Source of the DNA: Octopus vulgaris
Taxonomy: Eukaryota
Length of the DNA stretch: 64,000 nt
NCBI GenBank assembly: GCA_951406725.2
Contig: OX597827.1
Span: forward strand, 72,168,001 to 72,232,000
Reading direction: 5' to 3'
Position 1 is the stretch's first letter. Each line of letters begins with the position of its first letter. This document shows positions 62,739 to 64,000 of this stretch, one piece after another. Below the pieces are notes generated by a model. The model saw only the letters and a list, made by a program, of their open reading frames with translations, searched no databases and was not told the origin of the DNA. The position numbers were made by a program, and so were the translations under genes.

Positions 62739-64000
62739 TTTTCACATAAAGACACCTGGTTTAATCCTTTTGATACTAACTTGCTAAAGATTACCTTTTG
62801 TTTGCTGACACAAAACTGTCTCTTTTAAAATATTTATATTTAACCCTTTCCTTACTGTATTTCTGTTGAGATGCTCTGTATTTCTTTCAATTACTTTAAA
62901 TGTAACAAAGAATTTAGTAAAATAACTTAGTTATCATTCAGCTAATGTTAGGAACATAAATTGTGACTAAGGTTTGGTGGAAGATTTTAATTCAAAACTT
63001 AAGAAAACAAGACATTTGTGCTCAGAGCCAGAGCCGGTTTCAGCCGAGTTGGTAATGAAAGGGTTAATGCTTTAGCATTCATATTGCTCTTTTGTAAGTT
63101 TAAACACACACACACACACTCCAGTATGGAAAAGTGGACATTAAATGATGATGACATACAATGAGTTTCCACTTAATTTCCATCTGCCAAATTCATTCTC
63201 AAGGCATTGGTCAACCCAGGGCTATAGTAGTAGACATTTGCCCATGGTACCATGCAGTGGGACTGAACCTGAAACCATATGCTTGCAAAGAGAGTTTCTT
63301 AATCACAACACAACCTTGCCTGAACTTCATCATAGTTTTCTATGGGAACCTTTTGTTATATTTCAAAGATCAGCTTCATAACAGAGGAGTTGGTTAATTA
63401 ATTAAACATCTTCAAATTCTTGATAATTTTAAAATAATTGAAACTCACAGATAGTTGTGCATTTCATCAGAAATATAATCACAAAAGGGTCCTATATCTA
63501 AAATAAGGCCTGAAGACTGTCCATAACATTATTCTAATGCTTTTGACAAAAGCCCTTAAAGTATCACTGTGACCCTTTGGCAAGATTATGTTGTCAAAAG
63601 TAATACTTATTTAATCACATTATTTTGGATTAATCATGCATTATCTTATAGCTTCAAAATTTTGATGATTGCTTATTTATTTTTAGAATGGTATTGTAGG
63701 GTAGGTGTGAGGGGCTGGATCTGGTTAGTTTGAACCTAAAGCAGAATATTTGGGCCAGATATGGCCAGCTTAAACTCTTAACATAAAATCCTGTATAATT
63801 TCACTCAGAGATGTCTAGTAAATATATATTTGAACGAAAATATACGTTCACTGTACCCTGAGGCATATGTCACTTATTTCTAACCCCAAATACTTCGTTT
63901 ATGATGTCATTCCCGTTTTCTATCATCAACTATCATTTCTGCGGCGAGCTGGCAGAAACGTTAGCACGCCGGGCGAAATGCTTAGCGGTATTTCGTCTGC

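Overview
Eukaryotic, AT-rich, repeat-dense genomic DNA. The SINE, MITE and microsatellite landscape looks like Octopus (coleoid cephalopod); this is an inference and was not verified by search. The whole window lies inside one + strand gene, huntingtin (HTT). I traced 41 GT-AG internal coding exons from 1017 to 61054 (6,152 nt, about 2,050 codons, phases consistent, no stops). They correspond roughly to human HTT residues ~750-2750, so the start codon, polyQ exon and C-terminus lie outside the window. The introns carry three tRNA-derived SINE families, a (GAT)n-tailed RTE-related non-autonomous element with internal tandem arrays, RTE/CR1/R4(Dong) LINE fragments, piggyBac elements and MITEs, a Tc1/mariner MITE, Helitron/Helentron-type elements, long palindromes and microsatellites. 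The most notable unexplained signals are four. First, a candidate hammerhead ribozyme with an intact core inside an insert in a SINE. Second, several degenerate Penelope-type minimal hammerhead relics embedded in microsatellites. Third, tandem arrays of predicted H-type pseudoknots. Fourth, an alien GC/CpG-rich insert. Most ORF-track entries that do not overlap these exons or TE fragments are spurious translations of repeats.
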